Shown: positions 45,132 to 56,266 of the stretch, piece by piece
Numbering within the stretch: the stretch's first letter is position 1
How the letters are laid out: each line of letters starts with the position of its first letter
DNA from: a virus
Reading direction: 5' to 3' (one strand)
DNA: 64,000 bases
IMG/VR virus record: IMGVR_UViG_3300028027_000002
Span: 1 to 64,000 of that record
The notes under the pieces: model-generated
The model's input: the letters and a program-made list of their open reading frames with translations, nothing else
Told to the model about the DNA's origin: nothing
Databases searched by the model: none
Translations under genes and position numbers: made by a program

Positions 45132-48100
45132 TTGGCTGACGTAAATGCAAATATTGGTATTAATTTTGATACCAGTCAAGCCTTAGCACAATTACGTCAG
45201 TTACAGGCTGGTCTCAGCCGTTTTAATCAAACCCTAACTCAGGGTAATGTTGCAGCAATGAATGCACAAAAGGCTCTTAACAGCCAGTTGATGCAGGCCA
45301 TTAATGCAACTGGAAAATTTGTTGCAACTCAGAAAGATGTAGCCACAAGCACATCTTCTTTTACGCAGGCACTTGAAAAAAATCAATTGTCGATGCGACA
45401 ATACTTTAGATACACCGCTGCTGCAGCAACTCAAAATACAAAAGTATTTAAGGGTATGTTTGCACAAGAGCGTGAGACTTTAACACGTGCTAGTAAAGAT
45501 AGAGTAAAACTCCTACAGTCTCAGTATATCCAGATGCAGGCTGCAAATGGAAATATGATCAAGGTTCTTCAGGTTATTCCAAAGCACCTAAAGATGGTCA
45601 ATGGACAGTATGCAGATTATGCAACACGAATGCAAATGGCTGCACAAAGACAGCAATTTTTAAATAAACTATTAAGTCAAGGCTCAACCCAACTCCTGAA
45701 TTTTGGTAAGAATACTCAGTGGGCAGGTCGCCAGTTAATGGTTGGTTTAACTATTCCTCTTACGATTCTAGGATCAACTGCAGCAAAAACATTTATGGAA
45801 ATGGAGCAGGCAGTAACCAAGTTCTCCAGAGTATATGGAGATATGACAACTGGAAATGATGCGACAAACAGAGCAATTGCAGACATTCAACTACTTGCAA
45901 AAGAATTTACAAAGTATGGCATTGCAGTAAAAGATACTGTAGAGATGGCTGCAACAGCAGCAGCAATGGGTTTAACTGGAGGGGCTTTAAATGCACAAGT
46001 AATTCAAGCAACTAGGCTTGCAGTACTTGGACAGGTAGAACAGCAGCAAGCGCTAGAGACAACAATCTCTCTTACAAATGCTTTTGGAATTGCTTCTGAA
46101 GATCTAGCAAAAAAGATTAACTTTCTTAACGCAGTAGAAAACCAGACTGTTCTTTCTATTGAAGACTTAACAATAGCAGTTCCAAAGGCTGGTCCAGTTA
46201 TTAGGCAACTTGGAGGATCTGTAGAAGACCTAGCATTCTTTATGACTGCAATGAAGGAAGGTGGAATTAACGCATCAGAAGGTGCTAACGCACTTAAGTC
46301 TGGTCTTGCTTCTATGATTAACCCTTCTAAGAAGGCTAGTGAATTTCTTGCTGAACTTGGAATTAATATTACAGGAATTGTTAACGCAAATGCTGGAGAC
46401 TTAAAGGGAACTGTTATAGGATTTGCTAGAGCCTTAGATACACTAGATCCCCTTAACCGTGCCCGTGCAATTGAGCAAATGTTTGGTAAGTTCCAGTTTG
46501 CACGTCTTTCAACACTATTCCAAAATATAACAAAAGATGGAAGTCAGGCTTCTAGAGCACTTGGACTTGCTGGTGCATCAGTTGAAGAGTTAGCAATCTT
46601 GTCTGAACGAGAACTTGGCAAGGTTGAAGATATGACTGGTGCTAAGTTTAAGAAGTCTATGGAAAATCTTAAACTTCAGTTAATCCCAATAGGTAAAGCA
46701 TTTTTGCAAGCAGTAACTCCTATAGTTAATTTTGTTGGAAGAATTCTAGAAAAGTTTAATACTTTAAGTGATGGAACTAAAAAAGTTGTAACAGTTATCA
46801 TTGGAGTTATTGGCGGTCTTGCACCAGTTGCGTTGATGACTTTTGGTGTTCTGATGAACGCAGTTGCAAATGGAATTAAATTATTTGCAAAACTTCGTGG
46901 AGGAATTGCTCAACTTAATGGATCAAACAATGTTCTTGGTGGAGGGTTTGAATATTTAACTAACGAGCAAACTGAAAACGTTGCACAGGCTAATGCTTTA
47001 CACACATCTCATAGTCAACTAATTTCTACATTTAATGTTGAAGCAGCATCAGTTCAAGCATTAGCAGCAGCATATCAAACTGCAGCATCTCAGGCAAGAG
47101 CCCTTGCTCAATCATCTCCAGGATTATTTAACACGGTACCAGGACCAACAGGAGCAGTAGCAGGACTACCAAAGAAGTTTGCAAGAGGTGGAGTTGTTCC
47201 AGGTACAGGAAATAAAGATACTGTGCCAGCAATGCTTACTCCAGGAGAAGTTGTTCTATCAAAAGATATGGTCAAAAATAATCCAGAACTTATTGCTGGA
47301 ATTATGAATGGCAGTGTTAAAAAGTATTCACAATCAACAAACGTAGAGGGTGGTGGATTTTCTGCAGAGGGTCTAGCAATACGAGCAGCACAGATGAAGG
47401 AAGTTTACCTTGGCACTGGTAGCGAAGGGTTTGACAAGAGAGTCAAAGGACTTATAGATGGGGCAATTTCTGTTGGAGAGGCAGGAGTTAAAAGAATAAT
47501 TGAGTTTGCTAGAGCATCTGGAGAAGAGATTGTAGCGTCACAAACAGAGGCTATGAATCGTTGGCGAAGCGCAATGCTTGATGAAGCAGATGCAGCCCTT
47601 GCTGCTGTACCAGATAGATCTGCTTCAAAGGATGAAATAAAAGAGTTTTTAAAGACTAGAGCGCTTGGCTCATCAAATGCTTTTGATACGCTGGATACTC
47701 ATGGAGGACAAAACAAAGCAAAAACTTTTGCACATACAGAACTATCAACGCCAGTTTCTTATGAAGAAGCATTGCGTGTGTCTAGCCAAAGTAAAAGAGT
47801 TTCTGACAGAATTAAGTTAATACAAGGGGGGGCAGACTGGGCCAATAATCTTCCAGATAGCGATCCAAGAAAACCTAAAACTCCAATTACACCAGAGTTT
47901 AGAGCAGTTTCTGCTGCAGGTTTTGAGGGAATTACACAAGAAACAAATAAAGAACTAGACCTAGGCACAGCAAGTGTTACTAAGTTTGTTGATGAATTTA
48001 CTAATTTAGATCCAATTGAAAAGTGGGGGACAAGTCTTAGAAATGCTGGACTTGATATTGATGCTCATGCAGAAGATATCAGGCAACTCGATGCAATTTA

Positions 48101-51100
48101 TCAAGAGCACCTAAGAACTTTTGCTGAGAGTAACACCTCTGGTGTAATGAGTGACTCAGACCTAGCAACAATTAGAGAGCAAGCACTAAATGATCCTAGG
48201 TCAAATCCAACTGTAGTCGCAGCAGCAAGAAGATCTTCTAATAATGTTTCAGGAATAAGATCAAGCGGTGTTGGACAAGAGCAAGAAGATATGATTATGG
48301 AGGCATACGCAAATGGAGAGATCCCTCTTCCAGAAGGTGTAGACTCTGTACCTGAAAAATTATTTCCAAAATCAGGCTCAGCAATTGGTGGAGAAGCAGG
48401 AAGAAAGAAAAGACTTGGAGTATTTGATCAAGAAGTAGAAGATCAGTTAGCCCCACTTGTTGTTGCTACTCCAGAAGCAGAAGCAAATGCTGAAGCAGAA
48501 GGTGAAAAGATTGGTAAAGCGGCGACAAGAGGTGTAAAGAAGGGTGCAAAAACAGAATCTCCTTCTACAGATGGAATTGAAGTTGGTAAGGATATTGCAG
48601 AAGGGGTTGTCATTGGTTTGCAAGAAGGAGAGGCTTCAGTTGCTTCTCAGGGTGCACAACTTGGTTCTTCTGCTGTACCTAAAAAACCAAGAACTGCAGC
48701 AGAAACACAAGCAAGAGTTGATAAGATGGATCTTGACAACAAGGCTTTCTACGATGACCTTGATACTCCAGAATTTCGTGATGAAAGACAAGTTCTTAAG
48801 TCTTTAGATAGACAAAGAAGAAAGCGTGGCGCTACGGGAACCGTAGGCAGTGGTCCAGCAACACCACCAGTCCCAGGACCATCTTCTTTAACTGTTGCCT
48901 CAACAGCAAGAACTGAAGCAGCAGCAGAAGATTTAGCGGTAAGTACAGAGCAGGCTGCAACAGCGCAAGCACAAGTTGTGCAGCAAATTAATGATGAAAG
49001 TAGATCAAGAGTTACTATCAAGGGTAATACTGTTAACATTCAAAAGGCTCGTGAAGAAGCAGACAAGGCTGAAAACGAAGCAGCAATTACAAGAGCACGT
49101 GCCCATGCACTTGAAAGTGAGCAGTTAAAGCAAAAGAAGTCTAATTCACCAACCACCATCACTGATGAACAAGTCCTGGCTGCTAAAGAAAAGGCTAATG
49201 CTGCAGAACTAGAGTATGCAAGAATAAGACAAGAACTAGCAGAGCAAGGAATCACTGCAGCACAACCAGGAGAGATGCAAGAAGTTGCTATACAGGATCC
49301 AGTTAAGACTCCAGCAAAGGTTAAAAAAGCAGAAGATATTATTTCTAACGGAACAGTCGAGCAAGGAGATGGCCTAAGACGAATTGTTGATGGCACAGAG
49401 GACACAGCAGATTCAACTCTGCTAGTTGCAGAACAAACAGATGAGATTGCAACAGTAACTGGAGATATTATTCCAGCACAGACAGATAACTTAGATAATG
49501 TGATAACAACAGCATCACTAAACGATGCAATTGTAAACACTACTGGAGATATTCACGGATCAACAATAGAAACAGCAATGTCTCAAGAAGAAATAGTTGC
49601 ACTACAAGAACAAGAACAGGTTTTAAGAGAGCAATTAAATGCAAATCTTAGACGACAAAGTGATGCTGTTTTATCAGGTAGTGACCTTAGCCCAACAGGT
49701 AAAAGGAGACTAACCGAGCAGGAAGCACTAGACGAAGCATTTGGAAGAGATCCAGGAACAAATGGACCAGACGACTTAGGTCAAAAGGGGTACACAAGAA
49801 ATAAAAAGGGAGAAATATTATTTGATCCAGAAACTGGTCAGCCAACAACTATGGATGAAAAACAAATAACTAAAAAGAAACGTGGTATGCGTAAAGAGAA
49901 GGTTGGAAAGTTTTCTGGTAAAGCAGCAGGTGCTTTGGGTATGGCAACAATGGTTGCTGGAGCAGTTGGTGCACCACCACAAGTTACAGCAGCATTAGGA
50001 ACAGCAGCGACAGTTGCACAATTTGCCCCAATGATTGCTGGAATGGGTCCAGTAGGTCTAGCAGTTACTGCAATCGCAGCAGTTGGTGTTGGTCTGATGG
50101 CATTGAATAAGAGACTTCAAGCGTCCTATGATGCTCAAGCAAAGTTTGTTCGTGAAACATCTGCATCAACAAAGAAGATGGCAGAAATCGGAGCAATCAC
50201 TGGTAAAGTTGGTGCTTCTGAAATTATGGCCAAAAAGAGGGCAACTGGAACCACAAGAGACTATATTGTTAGAGAAAGAGCGGGATCTTCATTTGGAGAC
50301 ACCTTTATGCAATCTGATACTGGTAAAGCAATGTCAAAAACTCTTCAGGCAAATATTACAAAGTCTGGAGCAAAAGAAGCAGCAGAAACATTTGCAACTG
50401 AGATCGCAGCATATGTTCAAGATGGAGTTTTAACTGCAGAGCAGGCTCAGGACATTGCATATCAAATTGGTGTTAACTTTAAAGATACATCTCTTGGAAT
50501 TAAAGTTGATGCAAACCTTTCAGCATTAATCGGACCAAATGGAGAAGATCTTGCAAAAGATCCTATGGTTGTCGGAATGAGGCTTGTACAGTCTGCAGAA
50601 AGAGGCTCTTTAAATTCAGTTAAAAGTATTGATGAAGCAAAAAGCCATGGTCTATCTGGAGCAACAGAAGCAGCAGATCTTGGTGCAAGAGAGGCCGTTG
50701 CTATGCAGATGGCTCAGATGCAAGCAGACGCAGTTGCCAGAAGGTACGATGATGAAATCAGAGCATTAGAAGCACAAGTTGCACAAACTAAAAATAAACA
50801 AGAACAGATAAAACTTGAAGATAAACTAACTGCTCTAAAAGAAAAAGCATATGATGCAGAATCTCAGATGAACAACATAGTTGCTAATCAAACAGATATG
50901 GCAATGCAAAGATTTACTGAAGAAATTCAGCACCAAAGTGTAGTTTGGGATGCTGTAACACTTGGACTGTATAAACTTTGGGGAGCAGGAAACCAAAGAG
51001 AAGCAGCATATACTCGAGCACTTAATGGGGCAATAACTGATAAGTATGCAAATACAGAACAAGCAACTGAAGCAGCAACAGTTTCGGACAGACTTGCAAA

Positions 51101-54100
51101 GTTTGCTGATGGTAAGACTCTTGGTTTTGGTACAAATAATTATGAAGACGCAGGGTTTGCAGGGGGCAAAGAGGCTCAGCAGTTTGAAGTAAAGATGAAA
51201 CTATTGATGGCAAATGGAACGCTTACTCCAAACCAAACAACAGCGATGCTTGACTTATTTGAAGGTAACCTTCCAAGACTTGAAACAGTGTTAGATATTG
51301 GAACAAGAATGCACGGAGCATCTGCAACAGCAGAAATTATAATGCTATTGACAAACTTCCAAGATAAAGAGTATGCACAAAAAATAGCCTTAGAAGTAAC
51401 TACACAAGACAATGAGTCATTTAAAAAGTTGTCAGATATTTTTGGACTTGCAGCCCAACTTGATGGTAAAGAAATTAACATGGAAGTTGTTGTTACAGAA
51501 GTGGGTGGGGTTGCTGGATTAGAATACTATATTGAAAGACTTGACGAACTTGAAACAAAAATAAAGGGACTTAAAGGTAAGTCTATAACACAAGAAGATG
51601 TTGCTCAATTTACAAAAGATACAAATGTAAAGGTAGACGACGGTTTCCTTGACTATATAAATACAGAGTTTAAAGGTGATGGAAAGAAGCAAGCAGATGC
51701 AATAAGAGCCTATACCCTTGTATACAAGCAAATTATGTCAATGGACTATGCAAGTGAAGAAGCAAGAGACTACTTTAGATCACAAGCAGGTCAGATGGCA
51801 GTTGATAAATTAAATGAACTTAGAAAAGCAGGAAATGCTCCAGCAGATATTGAGACATATATAAAGAACCAAACAGAAATTGAGATTGATGCTTTAATTA
51901 CAAAAGTAAAGGTCGATCCAACAGCAGTTACAGGTGACAAAGTTGAGACTTATCTAGGAACCAAACCAGTAGTTGATAGCAATACTGGACCTGGCGGTAA
52001 TAAAGATGGAGGAACAAAGAAAGAAGATCCTCTAGCATTCTTAGAATCTCTTGCTATGCGTATCAAGATGGTTAGAGATCAGGCATTTAACGCAAAGAAG
52101 CCAATTGAGTCAATGCTTGCAGCATTCAATAGTCCTGCTGCAAAGAAAAATGTTGCAAACATGTTTACACTATTTGACGGGTTACAACAAAAACTTATTG
52201 CTCTAAAGGTTCCAGAAGAATTTAGAGACTATATTGCAGGATTAGATGCCCAGCAACTTGAGGATTTGAAAAAGGCTGACCTTGACAAAAAGAAAAAGGG
52301 ACAGCAAGGAATATTCCTTTATGGTGAAAAGAAAGACAAAGATGGAAAAACTGTAAAGGATAAAAAGGGTAATGTTGTTTATGATACTTCAAGAATTGTT
52401 GGAATATCAAAAGAAGGTAAGGCTATTATGGCAGCCTATAACGAAGCCCCACTGGACAAATTTAATATTGCACAGCGCAAGGTAGTAACTGACACTGACA
52501 TGCAGTTTAAGGCTTTTAATAAATTAAAGGCAGCAGGAATAGATACAGGAGTTGCTCTAGAAACTGTCTCAGACTCAGTTCTTGCAGCATCCATTGCTTC
52601 AAGTGCTCTACAGGGAACTGACCTAAAAATATTCATTGATGATTTAAAGAAATCTGCATCTGCAGCAGAAAAGGCTGCTGTCATGGCAGACTTACTAAAA
52701 AAGAACGCAGACTTTAAATTTAAGAACGAGACATTCCCTAAACTTGCTTCTTCATTAAAGATTGCAGGGCTTTCTGCTGAAAACATTGCAACAGTACTTC
52801 AAGATCCAGCATTAGCAAAGCAGTTAATGGCAGACCTAGAAGATGGAAAGATAGACTCTAAGGCAATTGCTGATTACTTAAATAGTATAAAAGAAGAAAA
52901 AATTGTTGAGATTCGTGGTAAGTTTAATGCTGGAGATTTTGCTGCAGCAGCAGCACCAGGCATGGAACTTGTTAACAAGATGTTTGCAACGCAGGAAGCA
53001 TTGATTAGAACTGGTATTGATGGTAGATCTAAAGCCATGGTTGCAAGACTTAAGGATTTAAAGGAAGTTAACGAAAACCTACAACTTGATATACAAAAAA
53101 TAACTTTTAATCTAATACGACCACTAGAAAAGGCTATTGAGAAGGCAACTAGAGATCTTGAAATAAAGGTTACTCGGAAGATCGAGGCTTATCAAGAAGA
53201 AGTAAGTGACCTTCAAAGAATTATTGAAATTGCTTTTGAAAGACCAATAGCAGCGATCAATGCAGAAAATACAATCATGTCTAATGACATGGAAATAATG
53301 AACAAGGCTGCAGAAGAAATCAACAAGAGATATGACGAACAGGCAGAAGCGTTGTCTAAGGTTGCAGCAATTAATGCTGAAATTGTTGCCCAAGAAAAGG
53401 AACAACTCGATCTAGCAGACGCACTGTCTAAGGGTGATATAGCAGCAGCAGCAAGAGCAGTTCAGTCTATACGAGCATCACAGGCTGCAAAAAATGCAGA
53501 CAATGCGTCAAAGGCTTTAGAGCAATCACGTAAAAATGAAGTTGATAGTCTTAGAGGTCGTGACTCTGGCCTAAGCAAAGACGAGATTACTGAAAGACAA
53601 TATCAGAATGCTCAGGCAATTTATGATCTAGAAAACAGAGCGACAACAGATGTCAACGGCAAGTTGATGACAAGGCTTCAAATACTAGATGATATTCAAA
53701 AGAAGAATGATGAAATTTATAAACTTGAAGAAGATCGTGAGGCAAGACAACTTGCTATCCGTGCACTTGAAGATAAGATTTACGATATAAATGAACAACA
53801 AATTAAGCCAAAGCAAGATATAATTGACGCCAATGCTCTTCAGATTGCTATAGATGAAGATGCACTACAAGACCTTGTAGACAACATTACAGTACTTGGA
53901 AAAACAAGAGATGTTTGGGATGGCATATCTGCAAAGATTGAAGCGTCATCTCTTGCTGGACAAGACTTTGATGGATTAATGGGTGGAATGCTTGCGTCTG
54001 TTGATCAAATCGATAAGGGCTGGAAGAGCATAGAAAACACACTAAGTAAGTATTCTTCAGAATCCGCTGCAGCAGAAGGCTCAGCAATGGATGCAATGAG

Positions 54101-55607
54101 AGATAGACTCAACGAAGAACTTGCCTTAAATGAAAAAATTGCAAAAGAAAGAGCAGATGCTGCAAAGGCTGCACAACTTGCAGCAGAACAAAAATACGCA
54201 ACTGACAAGGCTGCATACGATGCAGAAGTTGCTAACATCAAAAAACTAAGGGGTTATGGGGTTCCAAGTTTTATTACGGACTCAATGGAGGCAGCACTAA
54301 AGGCACCAGTTGCTCCAGGCCCAACTTCAGCAGCCGATAATCCGAATGTAGACTACAACGACCCTACAAAAAATGCTGCAAATGATATTTATAAAACTGG
54401 ATTATTTGATGGTAAAACAACAAGTAGTGCTGGAGGAAAATCTAGTACTACTGGTGGTGGAACTACTGGTGGTGGAACTACTGGTGGTGGAACAACTGGT
54501 GGTGGAACAACTGGTGGAACAACTGACCCAGTTCCAAGTCCTGGGCAAAAGACTCCTCCAGGAGGGGTAAAGAAAAATACTAATGCTGATACTGCTGCAG
54601 GTACAGCAATGACCCAAGAAGAAAAAGCAATTTTGCAAATGGCATCCACAAAACGAATGGATCAACTAAAAAATATAGCAATTAACAGACCAAAGTTTGC
54701 TCTTAGCAACATGAAAATAAAGTATGGAACTAATACTAAAGATAGTGATATATACAAAAACTTAACTGGAGAAAAAAGAGTATCCTTTGACAAAGACTAC
54801 GCAGCGTATGAGGCTCTTAAAGAAGAGGCCACTAAATGGACAACAACCGATGATGGAGTTACTACTAGTTATGCTTATTCTTCTGCAGCAGGTGAGGCTG
54901 AAGAAGCAAGACTTCTTAAACTTTTACCCGATTGGGTGCAAAAAGCGGTAGAGTTAGTAGACAAAAGAACTGATCTAGCGAATACAGATTTTGCAAAGTT
55001 TAAAGAAGTAAGAGATAGATACTACGATGCAAAAGATGAAATGAAGATTGGGCCCAACTGGTCATTTAAAGACATTGAAGCATACGAACCATTTATGAAG
55101 AAGTATGGAAGTCTATATAGAGAGTATAGAGCAATCCATTCAAAACTACAAGATACAAACAACGCCACGGACTTGGCCAGAGAGAACCTACTTAAGGCTG
55201 GATACAATGACCAAAACTTAGGCTGGGCTTTTAAGAGTGCTACAAGTGCTTACCGATTTACTAATCAAACACCAAAAGGCTTTGTGCCATCTACTAGTTT
55301 TAATTATTATTCTAAGGGTGGGTCTGTTGCTTCTAGATTTGCACAAAGTGGATTAAGTATAGGAACAGACACGGTTCCAGCCATGCTTACTCCTGGTGAG
55401 TTTGTCATGAGTAAGTTTGCTGTACAATCACATGGCACAGAAAAAATGAAGGCAATAAATAATGGCTCATCAGTAGGTGACGCAGTGTATAATTATAGTA
55501 TTAGCGTAAATGTTAAGTCTGAGTCAAACCCAGATGAGATAGCAAGAACAGTCATTGCCCAGATAAAGAGCGTTGACGCACAGAAGATTAGAGGAGTTAG
55601 AATATAA
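45132..55607 (+). CDS. Tape measure protein (3491 aa)
   Basis: TP901-type TMP core in N-terminal 600 aa, helical Ala-rich body, DTVPAMLTPGE motifs. Confidence 0.92.
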   Translation: MADVNANIGINFDTSQALAQLRQLQAGLSRFNQTLTQGNVAAMNAQKALNSQLMQAINATGKFVATQKDVATSTSSFTQALEKNQLSMRQYFRYTAAAATQNTKVFKGMFAQERETLTRASKDRVKLLQSQYIQMQAANGNMIKVLQVIPKHLKMVNGQYADYATRMQMAAQRQQFLNKLLSQGSTQLLNFGKNTQWAGRQLMVGLTIPLTILGSTAAKTFMEMEQAVTKFSRVYGDMTTGNDATNRAIADIQLLAKEFTKYGIAVKDTVEMAATAAAMGLTGGALNAQVIQATRLAVLGQVEQQQALETTISLTNAFGIASEDLAKKINFLNAVENQTVLSIEDLTIAVPKAGPVIRQLGGSVEDLAFFMTAMKEGGINASEGANALKSGLASMINPSKKASEFLAELGINITGIVNANAGDLKGTVIGFARALDTLDPLNRARAIEQMFGKFQFARLSTLFQNITKDGSQASRALGLAGASVEELAILSERELGKVEDMTGAKFKKSMENLKLQLIPIGKAFLQAVTPIVNFVGRILEKFNTLSDGTKKVVTVIIGVIGGLAPVALMTFGVLMNAVANGIKLFAKLRGGIAQLNGSNNVLGGGFEYLTNEQTENVAQANALHTSHSQLISTFNVEAASVQALAAAYQTAASQARALAQSSPGLFNTVPGPTGAVAGLPKKFARGGVVPGTGNKDTVPAMLTPGEVVLSKDMVKNNPELIAGIMNGSVKKYSQSTNVEGGGFSAEGLAIRAAQMKEVYLGTGSEGFDKRVKGLIDGAISVGEAGVKRIIEFARASGEEIVASQTEAMNRWRSAMLDEADAALAAVPDRSASKDEIKEFLKTRALGSSNAFDTLDTHGGQNKAKTFAHTELSTPVSYEEALRVSSQSKRVSDRIKLIQGGADWANNLPDSDPRKPKTPITPEFRAVSAAGFEGITQETNKELDLGTASVTKFVDEFTNLDPIEKWGTSLRNAGLDIDAHAEDIRQLDAIYQEHLRTFAESNTSGVMSDSDLATIREQALNDPRSNPTVVAAARRSSNNVSGIRSSGVGQEQEDMIMEAYANGEIPLPEGVDSVPEKLFPKSGSAIGGEAGRKKRLGVFDQEVEDQLAPLVVATPEAEANAEAEGEKIGKAATRGVKKGAKTESPSTDGIEVGKDIAEGVVIGLQEGEASVASQGAQLGSSAVPKKPRTAAETQARVDKMDLDNKAFYDDLDTPEFRDERQVLKSLDRQRRKRGATGTVGSGPATPPVPGPSSLTVASTARTEAAAEDLAVSTEQAATAQAQVVQQINDESRSRVTIKGNTVNIQKAREEADKAENEAAITRARAHALESEQLKQKKSNSPTTITDEQVLAAKEKANAAELEYARIRQELAEQGITAAQPGEMQEVAIQDPVKTPAKVKKAEDIISNGTVEQGDGLRRIVDGTEDTADSTLLVAEQTDEIATVTGDIIPAQTDNLDNVITTASLNDAIVNTTGDIHGSTIETAMSQEEIVALQEQEQVLREQLNANLRRQSDAVLSGSDLSPTGKRRLTEQEALDEAFGRDPGTNGPDDLGQKGYTRNKKGEILFDPETGQPTTMDEKQITKKKRGMRKEKVGKFSGKAAGALGMATMVAGAVGAPPQVTAALGTAATVAQFAPMIAGMGPVGLAVTAIAAVGVGLMALNKRLQASYDAQAKFVRETSASTKKMAEIGAITGKVGASEIMAKKRATGTTRDYIVRERAGSSFGDTFMQSDTGKAMSKTLQANITKSGAKEAAETFATEIAAYVQDGVLTAEQAQDIAYQIGVNFKDTSLGIKVDANLSALIGPNGEDLAKDPMVVGMRLVQSAERGSLNSVKSIDEAKSHGLSGATEAADLGAREAVAMQMAQMQADAVARRYDDEIRALEAQVAQTKNKQEQIKLEDKLTALKEKAYDAESQMNNIVANQTDMAMQRFTEEIQHQSVVWDAVTLGLYKLWGAGNQREAAYTRALNGAITDKYANTEQATEAATVSDRLAKFADGKTLGFGTNNYEDAGFAGGKEAQQFEVKMKLLMANGTLTPNQTTAMLDLFEGNLPRLETVLDIGTRMHGASATAEIIMLLTNFQDKEYAQKIALEVTTQDNESFKKLSDIFGLAAQLDGKEINMEVVVTEVGGVAGLEYYIERLDELETKIKGLKGKSITQEDVAQFTKDTNVKVDDGFLDYINTEFKGDGKKQADAIRAYTLVYKQIMSMDYASEEARDYFRSQAGQMAVDKLNELRKAGNAPADIETYIKNQTEIEIDALITKVKVDPTAVTGDKVETYLGTKPVVDSNTGPGGNKDGGTKKEDPLAFLESLAMRIKMVRDQAFNAKKPIESMLAAFNSPAAKKNVANMFTLFDGLQQKLIALKVPEEFRDYIAGLDAQQLEDLKKADLDKKKKGQQGIFLYGEKKDKDGKTVKDKKGNVVYDTSRIVGISKEGKAIMAAYNEAPLDKFNIAQRKVVTDTDMQFKAFNKLKAAGIDTGVALETVSDSVLAASIASSALQGTDLKIFIDDLKKSASAAEKAAVMADLLKKNADFKFKNETFPKLASSLKIAGLSAENIATVLQDPALAKQLMADLEDGKIDSKAIADYLNSIKEEKIVEIRGKFNAGDFAAAAAPGMELVNKMFATQEALIRTGIDGRSKAMVARLKDLKEVNENLQLDIQKITFNLIRPLEKAIEKATRDLEIKVTRKIEAYQEEVSDLQRIIEIAFERPIAAINAENTIMSNDMEIMNKAAEEINKRYDEQAEALSKVAAINAEIVAQEKEQLDLADALSKGDIAAAARAVQSIRASQAAKNADNASKALEQSRKNEVDSLRGRDSGLSKDEITERQYQNAQAIYDLENRATTDVNGKLMTRLQILDDIQKKNDEIYKLEEDREARQLAIRALEDKIYDINEQQIKPKQDIIDANALQIAIDEDALQDLVDNITVLGKTRDVWDGISAKIEASSLAGQDFDGLMGGMLASVDQIDKGWKSIENTLSKYSSESAAAEGSAMDAMRDRLNEELALNEKIAKERADAAKAAQLAAEQKYATDKAAYDAEVANIKKLRGYGVPSFITDSMEAALKAPVAPGPTSAADNPNVDYNDPTKNAANDIYKTGLFDGKTTSSAGGKSSTTGGGTTGGGTTGGGTTGGGTTGGTTDPVPSPGQKTPPGGVKKNTNADTAAGTAMTQEEKAILQMASTKRMDQLKNIAINRPKFALSNMKIKYGTNTKDSDIYKNLTGEKRVSFDKDYAAYEALKEEATKWTTTDDGVTTSYAYSSAAGEAEEARLLKLLPDWVQKAVELVDKRTDLANTDFAKFKEVRDRYYDAKDEMKIGPNWSFKDIEAYEPFMKKYGSLYREYRAIHSKLQDTNNATDLARENLLKAGYNDQNLGWAFKSATSAYRFTNQTPKGFVPSTSFNYYSKGGSVASRFAQSGLSIGTDTVPAMLTPGEFVMSKFAVQSHGTEKMKAINNGSSVGDAVYNYSISVNVKSESNPDEIARTVIAQIKSVDAQKIRGVRI
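54447..54524 (+). repeat. (TTGGG)n coding repeat within the tape measure protein
   Basis: 15-bp units, about 5 copies. Confidence 0.85.
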
Positions 55608-56266
55608 TGGCAACTAATGCATATATGGCAGGTCGTAAAAAATATCAAAGACCTCAAGGACTTCTCTTTGCAGATAACCAGGGTATCAAGGTAGACGGAT
55701 TTCATATCCCAGAGGGAGACGAGATAGGGTCATTAGCAGCCTCTACAGACGGATATGGAGAGTTCTTAATACTTTCCGATAATAATAGGTCACCCATAGA
55801 CTTTAAGACCACTAGAATTGAAAAAAGAGAAAGAATGATTAATGGTCGTATGAGGTCTTACCATACTGCTGACAAACTAACTATTACAGTATCCTGGGAT
55901 ATGCTCCCATCAAGAGCCTATGATACATACGCAGGGTTTAATTCTAATGGAGATCCAAACCTAGTAAAAAATATAAATACCAGACCAAACCCATTAGAGT
56001 TTACTACAGATGGTGGAGCAGGTGGAGTAGAACTGCTTGACTGGTATAAAAATCATAGCGGATCATTTTGGGTTTATCTTGCTTACGACAAATACACTAA
56101 CTTTAAAGACACGTACGAGACTGCACCAGATGAAAGATTTAATAATATAAACAAATATAATGAAGTTATAGAAGTATTTTTTTCAGACTTTAACTATTCA
56201 GTTCAAAAAAGAAGCGGATTAAACTTTGATTTCTGGAATGTATCTTTAACTTTGGAAGAAGTATAA
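55607..56266 (+). CDS. Distal tail (Dit)-like protein
   Basis: Synteny; RMINGRMRSY, WNVSLTLEEV. Confidence 0.55.
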   Translation: MATNAYMAGRKKYQRPQGLLFADNQGIKVDGFHIPEGDEIGSLAASTDGYGEFLILSDNNRSPIDFKTTRIEKRERMINGRMRSYHTADKLTITVSWDMLPSRAYDTYAGFNSNGDPNLVKNINTRPNPLEFTTDGGAGGVELLDWYKNHSGSFWVYLAYDKYTNFKDTYETAPDERFNNINKYNEVIEVFFSDFNYSVQKRSGLNFDFWNVSLTLEEV

